Positions 16,940-26,164 of a DNA stretch of 64,000 bases are shown here, one piece after another. This DNA is from an uncultured Gemmatimonadota bacterium. GTDB taxonomy: Bacteria > JAAXHH01. Made by a program: the position numbers and the translations under genes. How positions within the stretch are numbered: the stretch's first letter is position 1; each line of letters opens with the position of its first letter. The DNA lies in NCBI GenBank assembly GCA_951812955.1, contig OX638340.1, forward strand, positions 2,656,001 to 2,720,000, in the 5' to 3' direction. Under the pieces are notes generated by a model. That model saw only the letters and a program-made list of their open reading frames with translations. It did no database searches and was not told where the DNA came from.

Positions 16940-17200
16940 CTTACTGTGGTCGTTGGAATTCGTAGATCTCCTTCGACCGTACCCAGGCGGTTATTCACCC
17001 TACCCAGGTGGGTATTCCTATCGTGCATTTCGATTCGAACCTCGGAGAACTTTACGTTCATTTCTGTCCGTAGCCCTTGAAATCGTCCCTCAAAGTCCCG
17101 ATGTCTTCCCTCAGAGCGTTTGTCGAACGCCCCAGGAAGGTGGGGATCGCCACGACCAGCACGCCGACAGCAGTGATTCCTTGTATGAATATGCCGAGTG
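16940..17200. repeat. Direct repeat copy B (~260 bp) with the same 67-bp core and an internal 21-bp tandem duplication (ccctacccaggcggttattca / ccctacccaggtgggtattcc)
   Basis: Read directly from the sequence. The minus-strand reading frame is shifted relative to copy A by single-nucleotide indels. Confidence 0.85.
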
Positions 17201-17311
17201 ATTCCATGACCAGGATGTGTGGATGAGAGTTTAGGAATTATGACACACTAACTATATCAGTGTGAGAAGTCCTGGAAATCTTGGTGGTTTTTTAATTTTT
17301 AAAAAAGGACC

Positions 17312-18658
17312 TTACGCGCCGTCCTGCCCGATCAGCAGTTCGAGCGGTTGCTCGAGGACTTCCCTGAGGTGGGAGAGGAACCGGCCGGCGACCGCGCCGT
17401 CGATAAGCCTGTGGTCGGAGGAGAGCGTGATCGACATCATGGCCTTGATCTCGACCTTGCCGTCCACCGCGACCGGGGTGTCCTTCACCCGGCCCACGGC
17501 GAGGATGGCCGCTTCCGGCGGGTTGATGATGGCGGTGAACTGGTCCACGCCGAACATGCCGAGATTGGAGATGGTGAAGGTGCCATAGCCGTAGTCTGAG
17601 GGGCCCAGGCCCTGTGCCCGTGCCTTCTTGCCCAGCGCACTGGTCAGCGCGGCGATCTCGAAGACCGATTTCTGATCGGCGGACGCCACGACCGGGACGA
17701 CCAGCCCGTCATCTAGGGCGACGGCGAAACCCACGTTCACGTCCGCATACTCCACGATATCCCCGCCTTCGAGGGACGCGTTGACGGCGGGGAAGGACCG
17801 CAGGGCGATCCCGGCGGCCTTGATGATCAGGTCGTTCACGGAGACCCTGGCCAAGCCGCGTTTTTCGCCGTAGGCGATCAGCTGTTCCCGCAGCCCGGTA
17901 AGCCGCGTCATGTCCACGTCCATGGTGAGGTAGAAGTGGGGAATGGTTGAAGCGCTTTCGGCCAGTCGCGTCGCGGCGACCTTGCGCAGGCCGCTGAGCG
18001 GCGCGCGGCGTTGGACGCGTTTCGAACCGGGACTGGATGGGGCCGAGGCCGTTGCTGGCTCCGTCACGGGCGTCGCCGTTGCTGCCGCTGGAATCGGCGC
18101 GGCGGCGGCCTGGGCAGCAAAGGCTTCCACGTCCGAGAAAACAATCCGCCCACCGGGGCCCGTCCCCGCTATATTTCCGATGTCTACGCCGAGATCTCGT
18201 GCGTGCCGACGCGCCTTGGGCGAAATTTTGACGCGGCCGGGTTGTCCGGGCCGTCCGTCCGGTTCGGTCATGGCCGCCTGCCCCTGGCCGTTTTGTTCGG
18301 GAGCTACGGCGGCCGGGATACCTTCCCCGGTCGTTCCAGCCGGGTCGGACACCAATGCATCCGCGCCACCTGTCGCGCCTCCGCCATCGCCGGGGTCTCC
18401 GTCGCCGCCGACGGTCTCACCCGCTTCGCCGATGTATCCGATGACCTGCTGAATGGGCACGTCGTCTCCCGGTCCGTGCATAATCTTGAGCAGCGTGCCG
18501 GAAGCCTTTGCCTCGACTTCCATCACGCTCTTGTCCGTTTCGACGTTGAAGAGCACTTCGCCCTCTTTGACGGAATCGCCTTCATTTTTCATCCACTCGA
18601 CGATGATTCCGGATTCCATGGTCATGCCGAGTACGGGCATGATGACTTCTGTGGCCAT
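17312..18658 (-). CDS. Dihydrolipoamide acyltransferase (E2 component of a 2-oxoacid dehydrogenase complex), ~449 aa
   Basis: Lipoyl domain MATEVIMPVLGMTMESGIIVEWMKNEGDSVKEGEVLFNVETDKSVMEVEA, followed by an Ala/Pro-rich linker and E3-binding region. The C-terminal catalytic domain ends ...SDHRLIDGAVAGRFL (DHR motif). Preferred start is the ATG at 18658. No E1 or E3 genes lie adjacent. Confidence 0.85.
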   Translation of the reverse strand: MATEVIMPVLGMTMESGIIVEWMKNEGDSVKEGEVLFNVETDKSVMEVEAKASGTLLKIMHGPGDDVPIQQVIGYIGEAGETVGGDGDPGDGGGATGGADALVSDPAGTTGEGIPAAVAPEQNGQGQAAMTEPDGRPGQPGRVKISPKARRHARDLGVDIGNIAGTGPGGRIVFSDVEAFAAQAAAAPIPAAATATPVTEPATASAPSSPGSKRVQRRAPLSGLRKVAATRLAESASTIPHFYLTMDVDMTRLTGLREQLIAYGEKRGLARVSVNDLIIKAAGIALRSFPAVNASLEGGDIVEYADVNVGFAVALDDGLVVPVVASADQKSVFEIAALTSALGKKARAQGLGPSDYGYGTFTISNLGMFGVDQFTAIINPPEAAILAVGRVKDTPVAVDGKVEIKAMMSITLSSDHRLIDGAVAGRFLSHLREVLEQPLELLIGQDGA

Positions 18659-18988
18659 TACGGGCTCCCGGGGTCCTTTGATACGTCCGATCCTGGTCTG
18701 TATTCTCTGTGCTAAATCTTTTGTATCTATGTGACTTACAACGCGATAAAAAGTCCGTAGAGCATACACTTCCGCATGGCCGGCGTCAAGCATTTTTTGA
18801 TTGACTTGGACCGGAGGAAAGGGATAGATTCATCCCGGTTCCGCATTCGAAAAACACGGGAGGGAAACCGTCCCGAGGTACGGATTCTTCCATCCTGAAC
18901 GAATGTAAGAACAGTTTTTCGGAACGTCCGCGTTTCGAGGACCTGTTCGGCTGTTGTTCACCCTACCTGCGTGGAGGATCCGAGCCAC

Positions 18989-19279
18989 ATGGAAATCAAA
19001 GTCGATCGATACACGAAAGTGGTGTTGACACTGATCGCCGTCGGTCTGCTGGCGAATGTATTCAAGGATGAGTTGTCCACCATGTCCACGCCGTTGAATC
19101 CCCAACCGGCCATGGCCAAGAACATCGTCATGGGATCCACGATCGCGAATATGGGACAGCGTTTCATCACGGCCAGCCCCGACGGGAAGATCGTCTACAC
19201 TTGGTTTCGGGAAGAGGACCGGCAATGGTACGATCGCGACAAGGTGTATTTCATAGACGCTACGCACGCGGACGATTGA
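18989..19279 (+). CDS. Small hypothetical membrane-anchored protein (~96 aa)
   Basis: MEIKVDRYTKVVLTLIAVGLLANVF... has a single N-terminal TM helix. GGAGGA lies ~10 nt upstream. Divergent from the E2 gene. No recognisable family. Confidence 0.3.
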   Translation: MEIKVDRYTKVVLTLIAVGLLANVFKDELSTMSTPLNPQPAMAKNIVMGSTIANMGQRFITASPDGKIVYTWFREEDRQWYDRDKVYFIDATHADD

Positions 19280-19343
19280 TGGGCGGTCCGCGGGCAAAGG
19301 ACCTGCTGAAGGGCGCTGGGCGGGCGAAAGTTCGGCAGATTCG

Positions 19344-19955
19344 ATGATATCGGGTCTCGTACTCGCCGCCGGCCGGTCCGAGCGCATGGGGACGCCGAAG
19401 CAGTTGCTGCCCTTTGGAAGCTTGACGTTGATCGAACAGGTGATCCGGACGCTGACACGTTCGCGCCTGGGGAAAGATGTTGTCGTCGTGCTGGGCCACC
19501 GCGCCATGGATATCGTAAAGCGGATCTCGGGTATGCCGGTCAGCCTCGCGTACAACCCGGACCCGGAAGGCGACATGATCTCGTCGATCCGATGCGGTCT
19601 GGCGTACATCGAACCCGAACAGGCATTCCTGATCGCCCTCGGCGATCAGCCCCTGGTCACGACGGGGATCGTGGACCGGTTGATTGACGAATACGAGCGG
19701 CGTCCCGAAGGCATGGTACTCCCGGTGCATGAAGGAAAGCGGGGCCATCCCATGATCCTGTCGCCAGCGTACAGGGAGGAAATCCTGTTTGAATCGATGC
19801 CGGGTGGCTTGAAGGCGTTGCGCGACCGGCACGCCGATAGCGTCCGCCCGGTGCCCGTGGATACGGATGCGGTCCTGATCGACCTGGATTACCGGAGCGA
19901 TTACGAAGAAGCACTGCGAAGATGGCGAGAGGAAACCGATCTTGATGAACAGTAG
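19344..19955 (+). CDS. MobA-like NTP transferase (molybdenum cofactor cytidylyl/guanylyltransferase family)
   Basis: N-terminus LVLAAGRSERMGTPKQLLPF is the MobA/MocA signature. About 200 aa. Confidence 0.7.
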   Translation: MISGLVLAAGRSERMGTPKQLLPFGSLTLIEQVIRTLTRSRLGKDVVVVLGHRAMDIVKRISGMPVSLAYNPDPEGDMISSIRCGLAYIEPEQAFLIALGDQPLVTTGIVDRLIDEYERRPEGMVLPVHEGKRGHPMILSPAYREEILFESMPGGLKALRDRHADSVRPVPVDTDAVLIDLDYRSDYEEALRRWREETDLDEQ

Positions 19956-19970
19956 AGGAAACCGGACCTG

Positions 19971-20951
19971 TTGAACAGTAACGTGCTCGTTACGCGGCGA
20001 ATCCCCGACGAATCTATCGGAATGCTGGAAGCGGCCTGCGGCGTGGTGGACGTCAATCCCCACGACCGGGCCATGACCCGCGAGGAGTTCCTTGCGGCGG
20101 CCCGGGACCGCGACGGGCTGCTCTGCCTGTTGACCGAGGACATCGACGACGAGGTCCTGGATCTGTCCCCGGACCTGAAAGGCGTGGCCATCTACGCGGT
20201 CGGATATAACAATATCGACGTGGATGCCTGCACGCGGCGCGGCATCCCGGTGACCAACACGCCGGATGTGCTGACCGACACGACCGCCGACATCGCCTGG
20301 GCCCTCATGTTCGCCGCGGCGAGGCGGGTGGCGGAAGGCGACCGGTACGTGCGTGAGGGCCGATTCTCGGGGTGGGGCCCCTTGCTGATGCTGGGCAGCG
20401 ACGTCACCGGCGCGACGCTGGGCATTGTAGGAGCCGGTCGTATCGGCACGGCCACGGCAAAGCGGGCGGCCGGGTTTTCCATGCCCATCGTTTATGCCAG
20501 CCGACGCCGCAGCGAGGCGATCGAGCGCCTAGGAGCGCGGTACCTTCCGCTGGACGACCTGCTCCGGGAATCGGATTTCGTGTCACTGCACGTGCCGCTC
20601 ACGACTGAGACCACCCACCTCATCAGCGAACGCGAACTGGATCTGATGAAGTCCACGGCATATCTCATAAATACGACCCGCGGCCCCGTGGTCGACGAAA
20701 AGGCCCTGGTGCGGGCGCTTCGCGACGGCGTCATCGCCGGTGCGGGACTCGATGTCTTCGAACGCGAACCCGAACTGGAACCTGGGCTGGCGGACCTGGA
20801 GAACGTGGTCATGCTGCCCCACGTCGGCAGTGGGACGGTCGCCACGCGCATCCGGATGGGCAACACGGCCGCGGCGAACCTGATTGCCATGGTCAACGGG
20901 GCGGACCCGCCGAATTGCGTGAATCCGGAATGGAAGGAATATCGTACGTAA
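19971..20951 (+). CDS. D-isomer-specific 2-hydroxyacid dehydrogenase (glyoxylate/hydroxypyruvate reductase-like)
   Basis: NAD motif GIVGAGRIGTATAKRA. Catalytic region ...LINTTRGPVVDEKAL...GAGLDVFEREP...LPHVGSGT has the Arg/Glu/His triad context. Confidence 0.85.
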   Translation: MNSNVLVTRRIPDESIGMLEAACGVVDVNPHDRAMTREEFLAAARDRDGLLCLLTEDIDDEVLDLSPDLKGVAIYAVGYNNIDVDACTRRGIPVTNTPDVLTDTTADIAWALMFAAARRVAEGDRYVREGRFSGWGPLLMLGSDVTGATLGIVGAGRIGTATAKRAAGFSMPIVYASRRRSEAIERLGARYLPLDDLLRESDFVSLHVPLTTETTHLISERELDLMKSTAYLINTTRGPVVDEKALVRALRDGVIAGAGLDVFEREPELEPGLADLENVVMLPHVGSGTVATRIRMGNTAAANLIAMVNGADPPNCVNPEWKEYRT

Positions 20952-21018
20952 AACACACGACAGCGTGTGAATATGAATCGTCAAACCCGGCCGGGAAGAC
21001 CGGATACAGGAGCCTGAA

Positions 21019-21864
21019 ATGAAACTTGTGACCTATGGAGAAAGCGGACAGGAACGGATCGGCGCGGTCGCCGGCAGCGAGATCGTCGACCTTCAGTCGG
21101 CCGATTCGTCCCTGCCCGGCACCGTGCTGGGCGTGATTGAAGCGGATGCCGTCGAGGCGGTATCCCGCGCGGTGGAAAGCGGAGCCGGTGCGCGGACGCC
21201 CCTGGAAAGCGCCCGGCTGGCATCTCCCATTCCCCGACCGCCCAAGATCGTCTGTGTCGGGCTCAACTACCTCGATCACGCGACGGAGCAGAACGTGCAG
21301 CTGCCCGAGCACCCGCTGCTGTTCTCCAAGGCCACCTCGTCGGTGGTCGGTCCCTACGACGACGTGGTACTGCCGGCCGAAAGCGAGCAGGTGGACTACG
21401 AGGTCGAACTCGCCGTGGTAATCGGGAAGACCGCCACCGCCGTACCGGAGGCGGATGCCTACGATTACGTCGCCGGGTACACCGTGGCCAACGACGTCAG
21501 CGCACGCGACATCCAGTTCAGGCAGCAGCAGTGGCATCAGGGCAAGAGCTACGACACGTTCTGTCCCATGGGCCCGTGGTTGGTGACGAAGGACGAGATC
21601 CCCGATCCGAACGCGCTCGCCGTGAAACTGACGCTGAACGGGACCGTCCTGCAGGACAGCAACACGGACAATCTCATTTTCAACGTACCCACGCTGGTGT
21701 CGCGCATATCGAGCGCCATGACCCTGTTGCCGGGCGACGTGATCTCGACCGGAACGCCCGCGGGCGTGGGCGTGTTCCGCGATCCGAAGATCCTGCTCAA
21801 GGCCGGCGACTACATGGAGACCTGGGTGGAAGGCATCGGCACGCTGAAGAATCACGTGCGGTAG
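21019..21864 (+). CDS. Fumarylacetoacetate hydrolase (FAH)-family protein
   Basis: KIVCVGLNYLDHATE...DYEVELAVVIGK...ANDVSARDIQ...GKSYDTFCPMGP is the typical FAH-fold metal-binding pattern. Confidence 0.85.
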   Translation: MKLVTYGESGQERIGAVAGSEIVDLQSADSSLPGTVLGVIEADAVEAVSRAVESGAGARTPLESARLASPIPRPPKIVCVGLNYLDHATEQNVQLPEHPLLFSKATSSVVGPYDDVVLPAESEQVDYEVELAVVIGKTATAVPEADAYDYVAGYTVANDVSARDIQFRQQQWHQGKSYDTFCPMGPWLVTKDEIPDPNALAVKLTLNGTVLQDSNTDNLIFNVPTLVSRISSAMTLLPGDVISTGTPAGVGVFRDPKILLKAGDYMETWVEGIGTLKNHVR

Positions 21865-21925
21865 CCACCGTGCCGCGAAGGCTGAAATTCAGACCACCGG
21901 TGATCGATCCGGTAAAGGAAGGATC

Positions 21926-22501
21926 ATGGAGAAACTGAACAGGGAACAGGTGCTGGCCAGGGCGGCGGACACGGGCGACCTCAACGGCGTTGACCTGGGT
22001 GGCCTGGATCTGTCGGAGGCCATTCTGCCCCGTGTCGATTTCAGGGACGCCAACCTGGAGGGAACGAATTTCCGGGAGGCGGATCTGACCGAGGCGGAAT
22101 TCCGCGACGCGAAGATGAGCGGCGCCGATTTTTCGGGCGCGAAGTTGGAAAGAGCGGTGCTGATCGGCGCCAGTATCGAGGGAGCGCGATTCGACGGCGC
22201 CCACATGGTCGGCGCCTTTCTCAACGGTACGGCCGCGTCGGGCGCAAGTTTCAGGAAAGCGGACCTGCGTGCGGCCCGAATCGGCGTACCCAGGTTCCAG
22301 TCAGACGATCCCTTCGCCGCGGTCACGAGCTTCGAAGGCGCGGATATGACCTGGAGTCTATTCGGCGAGGCGGACCTGACGGGGGTGGACCTCAGGAACG
22401 CGAACCTTTCCCACGCCCACATGTACGAGACGGAGATGCGCAGCGCCTTGCTGGACGGAGCGATCCTGACCGGCGTCCGGTTGAAGCGGCAGACAGTCTA
22501 G
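21926..22501 (+). CDS. Pentapeptide-repeat protein
   Basis: Consecutive A(D/N)LxG/A(D/N)FxG pentapeptides (ANLEGTNFREADLTEAEFRDAKMSGADFSGAKLERAVLIGASIEGARFDGA...). Confidence 0.8.
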   Translation: MEKLNREQVLARAADTGDLNGVDLGGLDLSEAILPRVDFRDANLEGTNFREADLTEAEFRDAKMSGADFSGAKLERAVLIGASIEGARFDGAHMVGAFLNGTAASGASFRKADLRAARIGVPRFQSDDPFAAVTSFEGADMTWSLFGEADLTGVDLRNANLSHAHMYETEMRSALLDGAILTGVRLKRQTV

Positions 22502-22577
22502 CCTGGACTGCCGGGCATGACCCGTTTACTCGACCAGGCGGCCAATCTGACCGTTCACTCGACCAGGTACGACCCGT

Positions 22578-23441
22578 TCACCCGACCAGGCGGCGCAGGT
22601 ATTCGCAGTACGCGTTGTCTTCCACATAATTTCCGATCTTCAGCACCTGGTCCCGGTCGATGTACCCCTTCCGGTAGGCGATTTCTTCGACGCAGCCGAT
22701 CTTCAAGCCCTGCCGGTGTTCGACGGCCTGGACGAAATTGCTCGCCTCCAGCAGGCTTTCCGGCGTGCCGGTATCCATCCAGACGATCCCTTCGTCGAAC
22801 CGCTCCACCTTCAGCTTGCCCCGCTGGAGATAGATGTTATTCACATCGGTGATCTCGAGTTCTCCGCGGCCCGATGGCCGCAGCGTTTTTGCAATGAATA
22901 CGACTTCGTTGTCGTAGAAGTAGAGCCCCGTGACGGCGTAGTTGGATCGTGGATTGCGGGGTTTCTCTTCAATGCCGACGACGCGCTCGTGCTCGTCGAA
23001 TTCGACCACGCCGTACCGTTCGGGCTCCTTGACGTAGCAGGCGAAGACCAGTCCTCCGTCTTCGTGCTGCGCGGCCTTTTCGACGATCTCGGTCAGGTTG
23101 CTGCCGTAGAAGAAGTTGTCTCCGAAGATCAGTGCACATGATTCATCGCCGATAAACGATTCCCCTATCAGAAAAGCCTGTGCCACCCCCGCGGGCGCGG
23201 GTTGTATGGCATATTCGAAGTGCATCCCGAGGGCGCTGCCGTCGCCGAAGAGCCTGCGGTACAGGTCGATGTGATCGGGAGAGGAAATGATCAGGATTTC
23301 CCGAATCCCCGCCATCAAGAGGACCGACAGCGGATAGTAGATCATCGGCTTGTCGAAGATGGGGATGATCTGCTTCGATATGGCCTGGGTCTGCGGGTAT
23401 AGACGCAATCCGTGCCCACCCGCGAGTATGATGCCCTTCAT
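22578..23441 (-). CDS. rfbA: Glucose-1-phosphate thymidylyltransferase
   Basis: MKGIILAGGHGLRLYPQT...KQIIPIFDKPMIYYPLS...GDNFFYG is a near-canonical RmlA. The track ORF extends upstream, but the ATG at 23441 (MKGIILAGG) is the conserved start. Confidence 0.85.
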   Translation of the reverse strand: MKGIILAGGHGLRLYPQTQAISKQIIPIFDKPMIYYPLSVLLMAGIREILIISSPDHIDLYRRLFGDGSALGMHFEYAIQPAPAGVAQAFLIGESFIGDESCALIFGDNFFYGSNLTEIVEKAAQHEDGGLVFACYVKEPERYGVVEFDEHERVVGIEEKPRNPRSNYAVTGLYFYDNEVVFIAKTLRPSGRGELEITDVNNIYLQRGKLKVERFDEGIVWMDTGTPESLLEASNFVQAVEHRQGLKIGCVEEIAYRKGYIDRDQVLKIGNYVEDNAYCEYLRRLVG

Positions 23442-23761
23442 TTGTGGTCTCCGGTTGTCGTAGGGGCGACTAGCACTAGAGGATCCTGTTTTAGGTGTCA
23501 TACACGCTTTCACAAGTTGAATTGCAAAAGATGGACAAGCGAAGAATCGCTGGACTGAGCACATCAGCAAAAAACGCGAAGTTGAATCCGGCAAGCCGAT
23601 TCTTTTTACGAGGCTACAAATCTGTTTTCGACTAAGTTTGTAGTCAAAGTAAACGCTTCATGCCGTAAAAAACACATGTCATTTTTTAAAATTAGAAACA
23701 ATCGCAATCGAAACTGGAGATAAACCACCCCTCATCGAACTCAAAAGCAAAGAAGCGACAT

Positions 23762-24650
23762 ATGGCTGATGACTCTACCACGACTGCTATACCACCAAAA
23801 CAACCGGATACGAGTAGTTCGATTGCAATTAAGTGGCTTCATTCCAAGCTTGTGGAGATTGAAGACCATACATGCATGGATGCGTTAACGATATTTGGTC
23901 CCATAACGGAAACAGTAGATCATCGAGTCAGGTTGGCGATCGAGAGTTTACCGAATCACCGCAACGGCTTGTTGGTCATTATCGATACACCCGGTGGAAT
24001 TGTAGAGGTAGCCGAACGTATTGTAACCACTATCAGGCATTACTACAAAGAGGTCAAGTTTCTCATACCTGATAAAGCGATGTCAGCAGGTACGGTTCTG
24101 GTGATGTCTGGAGATGCGATATTGATGGATCACTTTTCTTGTTTAGGCCCAGTTGATCCACAGTTGTATATCGAAGGCAAACCAATCCCGACGTCTGTCC
24201 TTTCTTATCTTGAACAATATGAACGATTTGTTCAAAAATCCATGGAAGGTACCTTGACGAGTGCTGATTTGGTTCTGCTTCAAAAGCTTGACGCTGCTGA
24301 CTTACGACAGTACGAACTGGCGGCCGAGTTATCTGTGCGCCCGTGATTGGCTTGTTCGGTATAAATTCAAGGATTGGTCCAAGCACAGTTCCACAGGGAA
24401 CACGGTTTCAAAAGAGGAAAAAACAATCCGTGCCGAAGAAGTTGCGAGAGCGCTTAATGATCAGGAAAGATGGGGTACCCATGGAAGGGGAATAAACCGA
24501 GAAGTTCTTGTCAAATTAAAGCTCAAGATTGATAATTTGGAATCCGATACTGAATTAAGTAGTCTAACAAAAGAGTATTTCTGGTTTTTTAGAGACTTAG
24601 CATTCAAAGAGGAGTCGCAAAGTCTTGTACACAACCGGTTATTCATCTGA
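23762..24650 (+). pseudogene. SDH/S49-type Clp-fold serine protease, disrupted by a -1 frameshift near 24325-24335 (N-terminal part 23762-24346; C-terminal part continues in the +1 frame to 24650); low-GC island 1
   Basis: The N-terminal frame has IIDTPGGIVEVAERIVTTIR...AMSAGTVLVMSGDAILMDHFSCLGPVDPQ (oxyanion and Ser nucleophile context of ClpP/SppA-class proteases). The second frame (SYLCARDWLVRYKFKDW...GTHGRGINREVL) aligns to the C-terminus of the intact paralog at 35429-36433 (VKSWLESYMFKGM...KSHSRHIPREEL). Confidence 0.55.
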
Positions 24651-24660
24651 GAGGAATATC

Positions 24661-24882
24661 ATGAAAACAAATGACAAACTTGTCCTCACTAAGGAACAAC
24701 TGGTTGAGAACCCCGCTGTCAATCCCGGGATTGTAAAAGAAGCGCTGAAAATGCGCCTTGAACTGGAGCGTTTAGGAGTATGGGATAACAGTGGGACACG
24801 TGTGGTATCGCCTTCCGAAATCAGGCCAGCTAAGAATCCCATCGGGAATATCAGACGTCGGTCTATTTCTCAAATCCGGTAA
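24661..24882 (+). CDS. Small hypothetical protein (74 aa), companion of the SDH-type protease; has a PGIVKE motif
   Basis: MKTNDKLVLTKEQLVENPAVNPGIVKEALKMRLELERLGVW... starts 11 nt after the protease stop. GAGGAA RBS. Homologous to the small ORF upstream of the second protease copy. Confidence 0.4.
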   Translation: MKTNDKLVLTKEQLVENPAVNPGIVKEALKMRLELERLGVWDNSGTRVVSPSEIRPAKNPIGNIRRRSISQIR

Positions 24883-25015
24883 TCCTAGCCTGCAGCCGTA
24901 TTATCCTCAGGTATTAAGTCCTTGTTCCGGATTCAATACCCATACTGAATGGTTTGATTAGGCAGTAGCGAAGAAAACGAGCCCGCCCGTTCCTCACCCG
25001 CTCTTCACCCGCTCT

Positions 25016-26065
25016 TCATCCACTCCTCACCCACTCCAGATCGAACCGGACCAACTTGATCGTCTCGTAGGGATGATCTTCTCCCCGTTCATAGAGGCAG
25101 GCGACGGTACCGTCTGGAAGCACGGCGAGGGATGAATAGGCGGACGGCCCGGGATGCAGCACCTTTTCACGTGGCCAGGATCCGCCGGCTTCATCGGAAA
25201 GTCTCACGGTCAGGTTACACCGCTCGTCCCGGCTGGCCGGATTCGAGAACAGCAGGCGGTCGCCCGCGCCGGGATACCGGACGAGGGCCGCCTGGCAGAT
25301 CGGTTCGATCAGCGTTTCGTCGTGGCGCTGGTTACGCCACGTCATCCCGCCGTCTCCGCTGACGGCGAACTGCCTGGTGCGCAAGGCCCGGTCGTAATTT
25401 CGCATGTTGAGCAGGACGTCGCCGTTTTCCAGCTCGGTGACGCAGCATTCGTTGACCTGGTCTTGCAAAGTCGTGCCGCCCATCCGCCAGGTTTCCCCAT
25501 GGTCTTCGCTGTATATGACATGAGAATAGTAGCGTTTGGTGCTTGCCTCTATGTGGTCGCAGGGTATCAGCATCCGGCCCGACGATAGCTGAATTCCGTT
25601 GCCCGGTCCGGTGGCGTACCACGTCCAGTCCGCGCGCTTCGCGGTGGAGGTGATATCCCGCGGTTCGCGCCACGTGCGGCCGTCGTCTTCGCTGGCCGTG
25701 ACCCAGACGGTCCGTGAGCCCTGGCTCGTCCCCTCGATGATCTCGGATTCGCGGTCGATCCCCATGTTGTGGGTCATGAGCAGCCATACTTTCCCGGTCT
25801 CGCCGTCTACCACCGGACAGGGATTGCCGCAGGTATTCCCTGCGTCCGCCCAGACCAGCTCCTGGTCCGACCAGGTGCGCCCGCCGTCTTCGCTCCGCTT
25901 CACCAGCATGTCGATATCGCCGGTGTCGCTTCGGCTGCTCCTCCGGCCTTCGCAGAAGGCGAGGACCGTACCCCGGGTTGTCGCGATGATCGCTGGAATG
26001 CGGTAGGTATCGTAACCTTCCGTGCCGCTGGTCCAGATATCGGATTGTTTACAGGAGCCGCTCAT
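25016..26065 (-). CDS. Exo-alpha-sialidase (GH33, BNR/Asp-box repeat)
   Basis: YRIPAI (sialidase RIP motif) plus four Asp-boxes: SEDGGRTW, SEDDGRTW, SEDHGETW and SGDGGMTW. Confidence 0.85.
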   Translation of the reverse strand: MSGSCKQSDIWTSGTEGYDTYRIPAIIATTRGTVLAFCEGRRSSRSDTGDIDMLVKRSEDGGRTWSDQELVWADAGNTCGNPCPVVDGETGKVWLLMTHNMGIDRESEIIEGTSQGSRTVWVTASEDDGRTWREPRDITSTAKRADWTWYATGPGNGIQLSSGRMLIPCDHIEASTKRYYSHVIYSEDHGETWRMGGTTLQDQVNECCVTELENGDVLLNMRNYDRALRTRQFAVSGDGGMTWRNQRHDETLIEPICQAALVRYPGAGDRLLFSNPASRDERCNLTVRLSDEAGGSWPREKVLHPGPSAYSSLAVLPDGTVACLYERGEDHPYETIKLVRFDLEWVRSG

Positions 26066-26164
26066 GGGATTTCCTGGGCAATGAACGAGATTTCAGTCAA
26101 TCGGCCGACCACACCGGATCGGTTCAAGGCCTGAACTGATATATGCGGCCGGATTTCGTCATTT

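Noticed and set aside
18830-19609. 259-aa minus-strand ORF between the E2 gene and the MobA-like gene
   Set aside because: It has no motifs and unusual composition. It overlaps a more plausible plus-strand small ORF and the MobA-like gene start, so it is probably non-coding.
24990-25050. Short tandem repeats (cacccgctcttc x2; tgaagagcggg x2 on the minus strand) at the 3' end of the sialidase gene
   Set aside because: This is only 2-2.5 copies of an 11-12-bp unit straddling the stop codon. It is too short and irregular for a CRISPR or VNTR call, and is probably a chance repeat or weak terminator region.
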